A DNA stretch of 54,480 bases, taken from the NCBI GenBank assembly GCA_018865545.1, contig GCA_018865545.1_3633.2; one strand, 5' to 3'. The stretch's first letter is position 1. Each line of letters opens with the position of its first letter. The notes beneath the pieces were generated by a model. It ran no database searches. It saw nothing but the letters and a program-made list of their open reading frames with translations, and had not been told where the DNA came from. This DNA comes from a phage. Of the stretch, positions 27,347 through 37,782 are shown piece by piece. A program made the position numbers and the translations under genes.

Positions 27347-27962
27347 AAGAATCCTCCATTTTGTCCAGGAATGTTTCCAGGATTTTTATTCTTTCTGGTG
27401 TGTTAAGATTAAGTGTTTTAATCCCTTTCATCTTAGCAAGATTGACAGCAGTAGCCGTGCCGCCTCTTGGATTACCATTCTTATCTTCTTTTGCGAAGTA
27501 GAGCACAAAGGAAGATGGCTTTGGGTTGTTAATATTCACTCCCAACACTTGATGCACATTCCTAGAATGTAACGCAAATGCTGCTCTGTTTCTCAACAAT
27601 GCTTGTGGGTTTGGATGCACCTTTTGCACCAACTCATCTCGGTATTCTATTTGATCGATATATAGATGGTTAATATATTGTAAGCCATAATCCCAGTTAT
27701 CGTACAAATCCACTTCTTTATCGCCAAAACCTTTCCATGGTATGTAAATTTCTGCGAGTCTGTTACCATACAATATTTTGGTTTTATCGTCAAGGCTATC
27801 GAAATATCGCTGCATCCCTCTCTGGAACGCCGCATCAGCCCCTTCTGCCTTACCGCTCCGCAATGTAAACCCTAACCCAGCCAGTCTAAAAGCAGCGTCT
27901 TCCATGACGCTGATAACTTCTGGGGGTGTTTCACGAGAACCTACCCCAGTATAATAACGCAT
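27318..27962 (-). CDS. DprA/Smf-like Rossmann-fold (SLOG) protein
   Basis: YTGVGSRETP...LRSGKAEGADAAFQRG resembles the DprA GSR...SG.A.G.D core. Confidence 0.45.
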   Translation of the reverse strand: MRYYTGVGSRETPPEVISVMEDAAFRLAGLGFTLRSGKAEGADAAFQRGMQRYFDSLDDKTKILYGNRLAEIYIPWKGFGDKEVDLYDNWDYGLQYINHLYIDQIEYRDELVQKVHPNPQALLRNRAAFALHSRNVHQVLGVNINNPKPSSFVLYFAKEDKNGNPRGGTATAVNLAKMKGIKTLNLNTPERIKILETFLDKMEDSFAKVPRQTQ

Positions 27963-27970
27963 AAACCCCC

Positions 27971-28759
27971 TTATGATGCCATTGGTGTGTAAATACCTTT
28001 ATCTCTGTCTTTCAACAATCCCTTGGCGATTTCCTTGACAACACCACCACGGACTACATCCTGTAGTTGATTAAATTGAACAATACCCACACCAGAAATA
28101 TTATGTCTGTGGAGAAAATCTTCAACCCATTCCAAACCAGAGACACCACGTATATCTTTTTGACTTTCATCCCCCATGATGACAAGAGTGCAATTATCTG
28201 AAATACGAGTTACAATACTCAGCATTTCTTCTGGAGTGCTTTGTTGTGCCTCGTCAATCAGTAGAAAGCTGTTTTCATCAAACGATCTTCCTCTAATACT
28301 CTCCAACTCTTGCACCTCGATACGTCCATGCAGTCCATCTTTCAATGAATTATAATACGCCCCATCACCCATTCTTTTACGAATTGTATCGAGCATATTC
28401 CTTACGTAAGGATATAGTTTCTCCAGAGTAGAACCAGGTTTGAATCCAGAGGTCTTTCCCGTTTGCACATATGGCCTTGCCACAATGATTTTATCTATCT
28501 CGTTTTTCCTGAGAAGATCTGCTGCATATGCAGAGGCGAGATATGTTTTTCCTGTTCCAAAAATCCCTTTGGCTATAATGATGTTACATGTCTTAAGTTT
28601 TTGGAGATAATCTTGTTGTTTTTTATTCATAGCAACAAGTGCTGGGGCGCTGTTTCTATCTTCCTCAAACTTAGGGTTGTATTTCATCTTTCTTTCAGCA
28701 CGTTCTTTCTTCCTTGCTGCAAGTTTTAAAGCACGCGTCTCTTTACTTCTTCCCATCAA
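27971..28759 (-). CDS. phoH: PhoH-like ATPase
   Basis: Walker A GIFGTGKTYLA, LLIDEAQQ and IMGDESQKD motifs typical of PhoH. Confidence 0.8.
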   Translation of the reverse strand: MMGRSKETRALKLAARKKERAERKMKYNPKFEEDRNSAPALVAMNKKQQDYLQKLKTCNIIIAKGIFGTGKTYLASAYAADLLRKNEIDKIIVARPYVQTGKTSGFKPGSTLEKLYPYVRNMLDTIRKRMGDGAYYNSLKDGLHGRIEVQELESIRGRSFDENSFLLIDEAQQSTPEEMLSIVTRISDNCTLVIMGDESQKDIRGVSGLEWVEDFLHRHNISGVGIVQFNQLQDVVRGGVVKEIAKGLLKDRDKGIYTPMAS

Positions 28760-28768
28760 AGGATCTCC

Positions 28769-29473
28769 TTAAGAGTTCAGAACAGATTTAGCTTTATTAT
28801 AGTATGCAGTTCTTTCAGACAGATGATTTGTCCCACCATTCACAAGTTTTGTTATTTTTACAATATCGTCAGCATCGCAGGCTGCATTAATATTCCGAGA
28901 TTGCCAGTACCAACCAGCACTTAATACAGCATATTCCGGCTGCTCAAGAAGCTCTGGGTGATTAATCAAATCTATACCTAGAGCTTTGCCACAATCTCTA
29001 TAATTGGCATAACCTGTAATCTGGATAAGGCCCCTTCCTTTATACTTTGCCCCATCGCCATCTTTTTCCGGTGTATTGCCAAGTTTTTTTGCCAAATTGC
29101 CTGTGTCATACTTATCAAAGTATGCATCATTACCAAGCTCTCTGACATATTTAAACTCAGCAGACTCAACACCTATCTGGGATAGAAAACCAGCTATCCT
29201 GTTTGTGGTGTTAATATCTGTTTTCAAGAAAAGATTGTTTAGAGGTTCAAGAAATTTAGAATTTCTGTTTGCTTTTGCTCCGATAGGAAATATCTTGTCC
29301 AATTGCGCTTGTGTAAGTAGTGTATTCCCCCCGTTTGTCGAGTTAGCTTTTTGTATGCATTTTTCCAATGCGGATTTAGTGGCGGGGCCATAGATACCAT
29401 CAGCCCCAGATTTTCCTACACTAAAACCACCATTTATCAGCATACGTTGAATTTCGGCTATCGCAGAGTTCAT
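28769..29473 (-). CDS. endolysin (GH19 lysozyme/chitinase-like with N-terminal peptidoglycan-binding domain)
   Basis: YKGRGLIQITGYANY signature of family 19; N-terminal IYGPATKSALEKCIQ PG-binding-like repeat. Confidence 0.7.
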   Translation of the reverse strand: MNSAIAEIQRMLINGGFSVGKSGADGIYGPATKSALEKCIQKANSTNGGNTLLTQAQLDKIFPIGAKANRNSKFLEPLNNLFLKTDINTTNRIAGFLSQIGVESAEFKYVRELGNDAYFDKYDTGNLAKKLGNTPEKDGDGAKYKGRGLIQITGYANYRDCGKALGIDLINHPELLEQPEYAVLSAGWYWQSRNINAACDADDIVKITKLVNGGTNHLSERTAYYNKAKSVLNS

Positions 29474-29488
29474 TTTCCCTCTTCTGTG

Positions 29489-29914
29489 TTAGCCCTCTCC
29501 AATTGCCTCACTAAAAGCTGTTTGAAAACTGGAAGCAACTCCAGCAAGTTTAATCGTAATTCTTTCTTGATAAATTGCATACGCTAGCTCATCTGGTGAA
29601 AGAGCTTCTTTCAGATGACCAGCCATTACACCCATTACTTTCTCAAGTGTATCTTCAGATAACATCTTCTTGAGCCGTTTCTGGGCTGTGTTTAACTCTT
29701 TCTCAAGGGTTGGGTTAGAGTCTTTCTTGGCTTGCGCTTTCATCCTCTTCATGGAATCAATCATTAACTGAGTGTCCTCAGTTACCTGATTAATCAACCT
29801 TGGGAAGATCAATTCTGCAAAGATATAGGCCAACTCTTCATGAGTTTTAAGAAGTAAGCTATCAATCGTTAATTTTGGTGCGTACAAGTTTTCTTCATTA
29901 ATGATATCTGCCAT
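29489..29914 (-). CDS. hypothetical protein
   Basis: ORF track 29489..29947; start moved to ATG29914 behind AGAGGA RBS. Confidence 0.45.
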   Translation of the reverse strand: MADIINEENLYAPKLTIDSLLLKTHEELAYIFAELIFPRLINQVTEDTQLMIDSMKRMKAQAKKDSNPTLEKELNTAQKRLKKMLSEDTLEKVMGVMAGHLKEALSPDELAYAIYQERITIKLAGVASSFQTAFSEAIGEG

Positions 29915-29918
29915 GATA

Positions 29919-30065
29919 TTATCCTCTACGGGTTGCTCGTGCCGCATTATCTGCCATTACCTGAAACAATTCCTCTTCGGTAATCTTTCTTTTCTTGCGT
30001 TTTCCACTACGCAGCGCCAGCGCAAGCTCTTTTTCATATGCCTTTCGTAGAGTTTTCTTACTCAT
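29919..30065 (-). CDS. small basic protein (48 aa)
   Basis: Not in ORF track; ATG directly after the nrdG stop (TAAATG) with AGGAGA RBS inside the nrdG 3' end. Confidence 0.35.
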   Translation of the reverse strand: MSKKTLRKAYEKELALALRSGKRKKRKITEEELFQVMADNAARATRRG

Positions 30066-30539
30066 TTAAATCTCCTCTTTCCACAAACCATCTTTTTTAA
30101 CCCACATTCTTTGGTTATCAGAACCCCTGAACCTTTTGGTTGTGGGCTTAGACATATCATACTTACCATCTATAACAATGTCAACAAGATTCTTAATTCT
30201 TTCAGGTATTTCTTCAAATAAATACCCTGTCCACAGCCAAATGTTTTTATCATCTCCGTAAACTGACCGTACCTTTAAAATAATCTTTATAACACCATCA
30301 ATATTTTGCGGATCAAGTGGTTCCCCACCTAAAATTGAGAGTCCTTTTATTTGCTTACGTGCCAAATCCTTTATAATTCTATCTAAGTGCTCATCTGTAA
30401 ACACTTCGCCATAGCTGTATGACCAGGCTCTTTGGTTAAAGCAGCCGCGACAACCATGACCACAACCGCTAACCCAGAGGGAGCATCGCACTCCCTCCCC
30501 GTTGATCATATCTGTTGGTTCATAACCGCAGAAATTCAT
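30066..30539 (-). CDS. nrdG: anaerobic ribonucleotide reductase activating protein
   Basis: Radical-SAM cluster motif CGHGCRGCFN; adjacent to nrdD exons. Confidence 0.8.
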   Translation of the reverse strand: MNFCGYEPTDMINGEGVRCSLWVSGCGHGCRGCFNQRAWSYSYGEVFTDEHLDRIIKDLARKQIKGLSILGGEPLDPQNIDGVIKIILKVRSVYGDDKNIWLWTGYLFEEIPERIKNLVDIVIDGKYDMSKPTTKRFRGSDNQRMWVKKDGLWKEEI

Positions 30540-30940
30540 GTATGTTTCACTCTCTCCACAACTTCTTGCATCTTACCCTTGTTATAAGGACGGCTGTTTG
30601 GAGCAGACAAATATCCAGACACACGTCTAATCACACTTATTGTTTCTTCATCATGATTGCCACAAGAAGGACACTCGAACCCCTTAGCTGTGGCCTTAAA
30701 TTCACCAGAGAAACCACACTCGTGACACCTATCTACAGGTTGATTTATACCAAAATAAGGGATGTATTCATATCCATAATCCACTAAGGCTTCCAATGCT
30801 TGCATGTTGTTTTTTAGATTAGGAACTTCCACATAACCTATGTTGCCACCATTACTTATCTCAGCAAACCCACATTCATAATCCCATTTGAAGAATGGAT
30901 CAGACGTTTTCCACACTGGTTGATGGAACGAGTTTGTCAA
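30536..30940 (-). CDS. nrdD: anaerobic ribonucleoside-triphosphate reductase, exon 3 (glycyl-radical C-terminus)
   Basis: Zn-ribbon CHECGFSGEF..CPSCGN and glycyl radical motif RRVSGYL; 5' boundary approximate (frame open upstream to about 30955). Confidence 0.75.
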   Translation of the reverse strand: MTNSFHQPVWKTSDPFFKWDYECGFAEISNGGNIGYVEVPNLKNNMQALEALVDYGYEYIPYFGINQPVDRCHECGFSGEFKATAKGFECPSCGNHDEETISVIRRVSGYLSAPNSRPYNKGKMQEVVERVKHT

Positions 30941-31300
30941 ATAATCTCTTTCAATTAACCCAGGATATGCTTCTTTAAGTTTTGTGGCAAATTTATAACA
31001 CAGAGATTCTGCCGATGTACCGCTGCTTTCGCAGTATTTTTACGGACTAGACTATATCACGATCTTGTGACCACTCACAAGACCCTCCACATTTCGCCAT
31101 TCAAGGCTACTCTACTCGCTTCTTCACATCAGGTGAGGCTGATGCTATGCTTTCGATAGTCGTTAGAGACAATTTCTTGCCTACGGGGTTAGCTCTGCCC
31201 CAACAGGGTTTAGCCTTTCTTAACAGCTTATTGTTTATTCAGCTATGCCCGTTTAGTGGAGTTATTCGACAACCATCACTGGTTGAAGGCCCAATTGTGT
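30941..31300 (-). ncRNA. group I intron (ORF-less) in nrdD, boundaries approximate
   Basis: Separates exon 2 from exon 3; on the coding strand contains AACGACTATCGAAAG (P7 5'-like) and AAGATCGTGATATAGTCTAGTCC (P7 3'/P9.0-like). Confidence 0.55.
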
Positions 31301-32391
31301 CTAGGCGTGCCATATAAGCTAAATGCTAAACCACTTCGCTCTTTAAAATCAGCACAAATATCCTTCATGTATTTCAAGATATTCATTGCCATCTCTTTAC
31401 GAACTGGTTCGCCATACAAAATTTCAACTGCTTCATAAAGACCCACATAGCCAATACTGATTGATGCGTAGCCATTAAAGAAGAGTTTACTAATCTTTTC
31501 ATCAGGTCCAAGTCGTGCAATAGCCCCTTCCATAAACATTGTAGGGTTCTGGGAGGCTTTTACATCCATCAATCTACCGACTCTAACCATATGCGCTTTA
31601 TATGCCATTTCCATGTGCTTTTCAAGCAATTCGGTAAACAGAGTTTTCTTAGATTTTGCTTCTGCTGCAATCATAGGCAAGTTTAGAGAGACAACACCAA
31701 GATTGAATCTACCGTCATATTTCTCACCATGTTCTGTTGCATAATAAGATAAGAAACTTCTACAGCCCATGCTTGTAACACGCCCGTCTGAAGAACCTGT
31801 TACCTTTTTATTCAACGGGACAGATATGAAATCTGGATAAATCCTTTCAACACAACACTCCATAGCTAATTGCTTTAAGTCGTAGTTTGGATCGCCAGGC
31901 TTCATGTTTACCCCATCTTCCAAGAAGAAGATAACTTTTGGAAAAACAGGTGTGACTTTATCTTTGCCAAGTCCGTTCTTGTGAACAAGAAGATAATTCT
32001 TTGTAATCATTCTCCCAAAATAGGAAGTATCAAGCCCAAGGCTCAAGGTAATAAATGGGCATTGACCGTTAGCACTCATCAAGGTATTTACCTGATAAAG
32101 CAATGTCTGCATAGCATCGTAAACATCTTTTTCCGTCATCTGCATAGCTACACCTTCTGGGTCTGGCAGCCATTGCTCCTGACAAAATTTTAGATTTTTA
32201 TCGTAACTTGCCTTGGCATATTGTTTTAATCCTTCGTCAATATGAGTGTATGACTGACCACCATACTGTGCCGAAGAAACTGCTTGGGATATCTGGCTAA
32301 GAATCGTACAGGCGACACCTATTGATTTTGGTTTTTCTATTTTTGCGTTGCCAATTTTAAAACCGTTCTCCAACATACCCCTGTAATCCAC
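31276..32391 (-). CDS. nrdD: anaerobic ribonucleoside-triphosphate reductase, exon 2
   Basis: Central NrdD-like body ending near FSLYGTP; the last 8 codons and stop (RHNWAFNQ*) are probably intron read-through. Confidence 0.8.
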   Translation of the reverse strand: MDYRGMLENGFKIGNAKIEKPKSIGVACTILSQISQAVSSAQYGGQSYTHIDEGLKQYAKASYDKNLKFCQEQWLPDPEGVAMQMTEKDVYDAMQTLLYQVNTLMSANGQCPFITLSLGLDTSYFGRMITKNYLLVHKNGLGKDKVTPVFPKVIFFLEDGVNMKPGDPNYDLKQLAMECCVERIYPDFISVPLNKKVTGSSDGRVTSMGCRSFLSYYATEHGEKYDGRFNLGVVSLNLPMIAAEAKSKKTLFTELLEKHMEMAYKAHMVRVGRLMDVKASQNPTMFMEGAIARLGPDEKISKLFFNGYASISIGYVGLYEAVEILYGEPVRKEMAMNILKYMKDICADFKERSGLAFSLYGTPRHNWAFNQ

Positions 32392-32757
32392 AAGACTACA
32401 GTTGAAGAGCGGACTTATTAGGTAATCTAAATCCTTGATTTTCCTACATTTTTGCAGGCAATGACTATATCATAATCTCGAAAGAGATTCTCTGCTTTTC
32501 AACTGGTAGCGTCTCCAGCTTACTCCCGAAGGATAGTCGATACACATAACGAAGTCTCACTCAGAATTATTATCTTCACGGAATGATACTTCGTCTTAGC
32601 ACGGTATTACCTTGCCCCTTAGCCGAAGGGTTTAGGCTCCCTTACTCATAATGCAGTCACCTGCTTCTGAACCGTTAGCACAGTTTTTACTGCACACCGC
32701 TTTGCAATCAGCGTTAACAGAGTTATTCAATACTGATCACTCAGTAAGGCCACGATG
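32392..32757 (-). ncRNA. group I intron (ORF-less) in nrdD, boundaries approximate
   Basis: Separates ATP-cone exon from exon 2; coding strand contains GTATCGACTATCC and GATTATGATATAGTC, the same GATATAGTC block as the second intron. Confidence 0.55.
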
Positions 32758-33261
32758 TTATTCATGGATATGACCATACCCATTTGTATGCCATTCAGCT
32801 AATTCTTTTGGTAGAATTTGAGTTAGTGAAACGTGCTTGCTAAGGATACCAGCGAGAAGATCACGATGGCTACTAACCACCCCACTTGGTTTATTAGCGT
32901 TTTCTTTAGTAAATTCATCGGCAGTTTGTTCTAAGAATCCCGTAATATCTGCAAACAGCTTCCCTTTACATTCCCTAACGTTATCACGCGTTTTACGATA
33001 TTCAATATAAACCCGTGCTGCATTTTTGAGGTCAAGATCCATTAGTGAATCTTCCACAATGCGGTGAATATCACAAACAGCCACTTTCTCTTGTGGTGGT
33101 TCTGATTTTTCCAGAGTTCCCCAGACTTGCTCGCCAACTGCACATGCCAGAGGATATGATTTCTCACCATAACCAGCAGCAATCAGAGCAGCTTCTGCCG
33201 CTCTAATAACTTTCACACCATCATAATCTTCTTCACGCCCATCACGTTTAACAACTTTCAT
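32758..33261 (-). CDS. nrdD: anaerobic ribonucleoside-triphosphate reductase, exon 1 (ATP-cone)
   Basis: MKVVKRDGREEDYDGVKVIRA ATP-cone start; ends GYGHIHE just before the intron. Confidence 0.75.
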   Translation of the reverse strand: MKVVKRDGREEDYDGVKVIRAAEAALIAAGYGEKSYPLACAVGEQVWGTLEKSEPPQEKVAVCDIHRIVEDSLMDLDLKNAARVYIEYRKTRDNVRECKGKLFADITGFLEQTADEFTKENANKPSGVVSSHRDLLAGILSKHVSLTQILPKELAEWHTNGYGHIHE

Positions 33262-33264
33262 TGT

Positions 33265-33567
33265 TTATTCCCCCAGTTCAGTATTAATAAACGCAATAAA
33301 TTCATCTGCCGTACCAACATACACAGTATCGACACCGCACTCATAGAAAATCCGTGGGACTGTTTTTGGGATAACAGGGGAACATTTTAAGACCAATTCC
33401 TCTTTGGTGAAGTCTTCTCCTAATTTCTTATAGATAAAGTTAAGTCCTTTTTGTTTTGCAAACTCTTTTGCTCTTACACAATGAGGGCAATTATCTTTTC
33501 CATAAATTAAAAACGTGCATTCTTTAAAGTTCATCTTAAAAATCCCAGATTTCTTCTTCTGCATCAT
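33265..33567 (-). CDS. glutaredoxin/thioredoxin-like protein (CPHC)
   Basis: YGKDNCPHCVRAKEF active-site motif; located between nrdB and nrdD. Confidence 0.7.
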   Translation of the reverse strand: MMQKKKSGIFKMNFKECTFLIYGKDNCPHCVRAKEFAKQKGLNFIYKKLGEDFTKEELVLKCSPVIPKTVPRIFYECGVDTVYVGTADEFIAFINTELGE

Positions 33568-34624
33568 TCACTGTGGTGTTAACACGATAATCTGTGTTAG
33601 ACATTTCTTGGTTAGCCGTCTGCTGTAGCGCAGGATTCATCCATACTTGCATAAACGGTAAAGGGTCTTTGGAAGGAGGGTTGAAGTCCCTATCAAATCC
33701 AAAGTGGTCATAAATAGGAGCACAATTATAATCAACCCACTCTTTCAGCAATGGTTCGTTAAGGCCAATGATTGCTCTACCATCACTGAAAATATAGTGA
33801 CTCCAACTATACTCTTTTAATCTAACTTCGTCAAGAATTTCTTTCAATTCATGTTTGATGGCATTAAAGCTGTTCAACCATACAGGGTCTTCTAACAGAA
33901 TTTCAATAATTGCCAAGTCGTTCTTTGTGTGGAGAATCTCATCAAGCATTATTTTTTGCACAAGTTGTGCCACTTGAACAAAGATCCCTTGTTCAGCCAA
34001 GGCAAATGTGCACGCAAAACTGGATATGAACTCTATAGCTTCTAGGCCAAGCAGGGCAAACATAGCTCTCAGAATGCCTCTACGGGCCTCTTCTTTATCT
34101 ATAGAAGCAGGATCCAGTCTGTATTTAGCACCAAGAACTTCCAGTTCGCGCATATATTTGACAATGACACCAGATCTGTTTAAAACTTCTTGGTTGTTTT
34201 GTACTTCCTCAATAATTTCTCGTGCATTTGGCAAACACTGTCTGACAATTTCTGAGTATGTCAAAGCATGAAGCACTTCGATTTCTGCCTGTTTCATCAT
34301 CAAAGCGTATAATTCACTGTTTGTGATGAATGGGGCAAATAAACAGATAATTGATTGCGCTGCAACACTATCAGCTTCCCATTGCCACATCAAAGTTTGC
34401 ACCATAACATCATAGGTTGATTTACTGCATGTGGCAAAATCTGAAATTGATTGTACTAAATCAACTTCGTCTTCTGACCAGTCTTGCTCTTTTTGTTTTT
34501 TATATAAATCGAAAAGTTTTGGGTATTTTTTATTAATGGAGTCATACATCCCCATCTGCTGACCAAGAAACAGAGGGTAATCCCCAGTTTTATGTGCTGT
34601 GTTTTCTGTATTGAATAATGCCAT
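33536..34624 (-). CDS. nrdB: ribonucleotide reductase class Ia beta subunit
   Basis: 362 aa; ferritin-like region with conserved E/H pairs (EIVRQCLPNA, EFISSFACTFALAEQG); adjacent to nrdA. Confidence 0.85.
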   Translation of the reverse strand: MALFNTENTAHKTGDYPLFLGQQMGMYDSINKKYPKLFDLYKKQKEQDWSEDEVDLVQSISDFATCSKSTYDVMVQTLMWQWEADSVAAQSIICLFAPFITNSELYALMMKQAEIEVLHALTYSEIVRQCLPNAREIIEEVQNNQEVLNRSGVIVKYMRELEVLGAKYRLDPASIDKEEARRGILRAMFALLGLEAIEFISSFACTFALAEQGIFVQVAQLVQKIMLDEILHTKNDLAIIEILLEDPVWLNSFNAIKHELKEILDEVRLKEYSWSHYIFSDGRAIIGLNEPLLKEWVDYNCAPIYDHFGFDRDFNPPSKDPLPFMQVWMNPALQQTANQEMSNTDYRVNTTVNDAEEEIWDF

Positions 34625-34664
34625 TTAGACCTCGATGAAAAAGGGGCTTTCGCCCCTTAATAAA

Positions 34665-36980
34665 TTACAATGCACAACTCTCGCAGTACGGATCTTCAAC
34701 TGAACTGTCTGCAATCAAAGGATAGTTCTTTTTAGTTTCTTCCTCAGCTTGTTTCTTCGCGTGAAGTTCCGCTGTCAAAGAATCACCAGCACCAACCTTA
34801 GAGTTTAGATAGTACCATGTTTTCATACCCACTTTTGTTGCCTTGATAAGATATCCTAGCTGTTCTTTCATAGAAATCTTACCATCTTTGTGTTTGGTGT
34901 AATCAAGATAGAGATCTGCACTGATCGCCTGTCCAGTAAATTTCTGGAACAGGGCATAAATATCTATCAGATCATTTGTTGGTGTATCCCAAGCAGATGT
35001 GTAGTAATCTTTTAATTTTTCATAATCAGGAACGATAAAAAGAACCTGACCTTGAGGTGATTTTTTAAAGATCACATGATCACGAACAGGGTATATACCA
35101 TTTGTGGTGTTTGTTGCCAAAGACGAACTCTCGTTCGGCATGTAGGCTTCCAGAACACTGTTCCTGATCCCACCAAAATCAACAATCTCCTTGCGTAAGG
35201 ACTCCCAATCCTGTTTGAGTGTAGGATCCTTCACCACACTATCAATCGTTTTGTTGTAAGTATCAATCGGTAGCCAACCAGATGGGTATTTTGTTTTACC
35301 AATCCACTCACAAACACCACGTTCTTTAGCTAACCGCAGACTTGCCTTATGAAGGCTGTAGCTGTGCAATTCAGCTAAATCATGTACCAACTGTTTGCTC
35401 TCAGGAGAACCATAAGGAACTCTATGTGTCGCAATATAATGTGCCACGTTTGTGATGCCAACACCAATAGACCTACGTTTTTTAACTGTGCTCTCCATAT
35501 TTTCATACGGATAGGTCATGATATCCATCACGTTGTCAATCATGAGTACGGTATAGTATGCCACATCTTCATACTCTTCTTGTTTAACTCTGCCAGCAAC
35601 CAACGATGCTAGGAAGCATAAAGCAACCTCACCATCTTCAGCATCATACTCGAAGAGGTTACGCATATCTGAATAACCTTTTGTTGGTAGTGATATCTCA
35701 CAACACAAATTGCTTGAATAAATAATTTCCTTAAATGGGGTGTGTCTATTCATCTCGTCAGTCCAGTAAACATAAAGTCTACCAGTTTCTGTACGCTGAG
35801 TAATTATCTCTATTGCCAAATCTCTCGCTTTAATCCAAGTTTTTGGAATAGAAGCATCCTTGGCAATTTTATCAACTTCAGAGTCAAACTCCTCCATTGT
35901 CATAGTGAACATCCCATCATGGAGTTGTGGGGCATCTTTATAAGATACCAGCATCCAATCCAGGTTTTTCGCAACACGATTGACAAAAGATTTGTTAATA
36001 CCAACGGAATAATCCATTGTGTTAATCCGCTTAGATGTCACAGTCATAGGGTTACGTAAGCGAATTAATTCATCAATTTGTGGATCAAGAGCTAAGAAAG
36101 AAATTGTTGCTGAACCACCTCTGGACTGTTGCCTATTTTCTTTTACCCCAGCATCAATACCACGATAATAAGGTAGTTTACCCATATGCTTGATTGTGTT
36201 TCCTCTAACACCATCACCAATAGAGCGAGATGCTAGATAATAACCGATACCAGCTTGATTAACAGTCATCGTATATGCAACTTCTCGTGCAACACCGATA
36301 GATTTAGCTGTATCGTCTGCCTTAATTACACAACACGAAGCATATCCTGTTTTTCCGGTACGAAGCCCGTTAAGGTATGGTGTCGGGGCGTTGATTTTAA
36401 GATCAGACAAATATGTGTACAATTTTGTCACATCTTTAATACGACGATCCTTAGGCATATTCTTCATAACTGCCATCGCCATCCCCATAAACATCATCTG
36501 TGGGGATTCAAAAAGGATGTCATTAACAGCGTCCTTAATACCGTACTTATCACGGAACTGTTTCAATACAGCATACCCATAAGACAGATCTTTACTATGG
36601 TCGATGACAGCTTCTAATGCTGTTAACTCCAAGCCTGTGTATTTCATATCTTCCCAATAGCCTGAATCAACCATACGGTGATAGAAATTTGGCAAACTTG
36701 GGATTTTTGTGAACCCACCAAAGGCTTCTTTATAAATCTGCCCGACTAAAACTCTACCAGCCATCCGTGCATGTGCTTCATCTTTACGGCTAATACATGC
36801 ATCTATAATAGCTTGGTTCACTTCTTTGGTTGTGCAACCATCATATAGTCTTTTATATGCGTCAAGAGCAATGTGTGACCAGTTGCCGTTGCCATCATCA
36901 CCAAAAATGGCAGCTTTGTTAAGGCGTTCAGGGTCGAATACTACCTCTGACCCATCGCTTTTAATAACTTTAGTAATCAA
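34665..36980 (-). CDS. nrdA: ribonucleotide reductase class Ia alpha subunit
   Basis: 771 aa; N-terminal ATP-cone; active-site SNLCCEISLPT; C-terminal CESCAL tail. Confidence 0.9.
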   Translation of the reverse strand: MITKVIKSDGSEVVFDPERLNKAAIFGDDGNGNWSHIALDAYKRLYDGCTTKEVNQAIIDACISRKDEAHARMAGRVLVGQIYKEAFGGFTKIPSLPNFYHRMVDSGYWEDMKYTGLELTALEAVIDHSKDLSYGYAVLKQFRDKYGIKDAVNDILFESPQMMFMGMAMAVMKNMPKDRRIKDVTKLYTYLSDLKINAPTPYLNGLRTGKTGYASCCVIKADDTAKSIGVAREVAYTMTVNQAGIGYYLASRSIGDGVRGNTIKHMGKLPYYRGIDAGVKENRQQSRGGSATISFLALDPQIDELIRLRNPMTVTSKRINTMDYSVGINKSFVNRVAKNLDWMLVSYKDAPQLHDGMFTMTMEEFDSEVDKIAKDASIPKTWIKARDLAIEIITQRTETGRLYVYWTDEMNRHTPFKEIIYSSNLCCEISLPTKGYSDMRNLFEYDAEDGEVALCFLASLVAGRVKQEEYEDVAYYTVLMIDNVMDIMTYPYENMESTVKKRRSIGVGITNVAHYIATHRVPYGSPESKQLVHDLAELHSYSLHKASLRLAKERGVCEWIGKTKYPSGWLPIDTYNKTIDSVVKDPTLKQDWESLRKEIVDFGGIRNSVLEAYMPNESSSLATNTTNGIYPVRDHVIFKKSPQGQVLFIVPDYEKLKDYYTSAWDTPTNDLIDIYALFQKFTGQAISADLYLDYTKHKDGKISMKEQLGYLIKATKVGMKTWYYLNSKVGAGDSLTAELHAKKQAEEETKKNYPLIADSSVEDPYCESCAL

Positions 36981-37255
36981 ACATTCTCCTTCTCTTCTAC
37001 ATCATATTTAGCCAAAAATAAAGCAGCTTCATCATTAAGATCCTCTTTTAAAGAGTCTCTATCATCTGCAAGGATATTAATTACTTTTCCTGTGTATGCG
37101 TCATAATAAACATCATCATACATCTTGCTATCATCTGTAAGATCATTAAAATATAACCACCCAGCATAATGATATTTATCATCAAAACCGCGATCTTTCC
37201 ATTTGGTCTTTTCTCGCGCCATTATGCCCCCAGACCAAACATATCGCCAAGCCAT
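36977..37255 (-). CDS. hypothetical protein
   Basis: ORF track. Confidence 0.45.
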   Translation of the reverse strand: MAWRYVWSGGIMAREKTKWKDRGFDDKYHYAGWLYFNDLTDDSKMYDDVYYDAYTGKVINILADDRDSLKEDLNDEAALFLAKYDVEEKENV

Positions 37256-37698
37256 GATTCATCTTTAGAATCAAAGTTAATATCTAAACTTTGCTTTCTT
37301 TCTCCACGCTTTGTGTATTTTCTGACATTGACTTTTTCTGCCACAGGAAGATCGTATGGAAGATCAATAACAAATTCCATATCCTTTTCTGAATACATTT
37401 CTACATCAAGAATATCTATACCATTATAAATTCCTGCGTATGGATAATCGTTCCGCATATCACCTACAAAAATTGTTGTTTTTCTATAGGTTGATGGGAA
37501 ATTGGCACAACGAACATTCTTGTTGTGTAGCATTGTAATATGTTTAGGAAGTCCATCAGCATCACTGACTTGGAATCCAATAGCATACAACGCAGCACGA
37601 AGTTGATTTTCTTCTTTAATATTAAAACCGGGGATTGTGCGAAGAAAGTCCAGCGTCACAGAAATATGCTGTGTAGGTTTACGTTTTGTTTTTTTCAT
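37222..37698 (-). CDS. hypothetical protein
   Basis: ORF track. Confidence 0.5.
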   Translation of the reverse strand: MKKTKRKPTQHISVTLDFLRTIPGFNIKEENQLRAALYAIGFQVSDADGLPKHITMLHNKNVRCANFPSTYRKTTIFVGDMRNDYPYAGIYNGIDILDVEMYSEKDMEFVIDLPYDLPVAEKVNVRKYTKRGERKQSLDINFDSKDESWLGDMFGLGA

Positions 37699-37782
37699 AT
37701 ATTCTCCACCACATTTGCAAACTAGGGGACAAATAGCCCCCTATACATCATGCAAACATAATATGTATTTTTATTAAATTTG

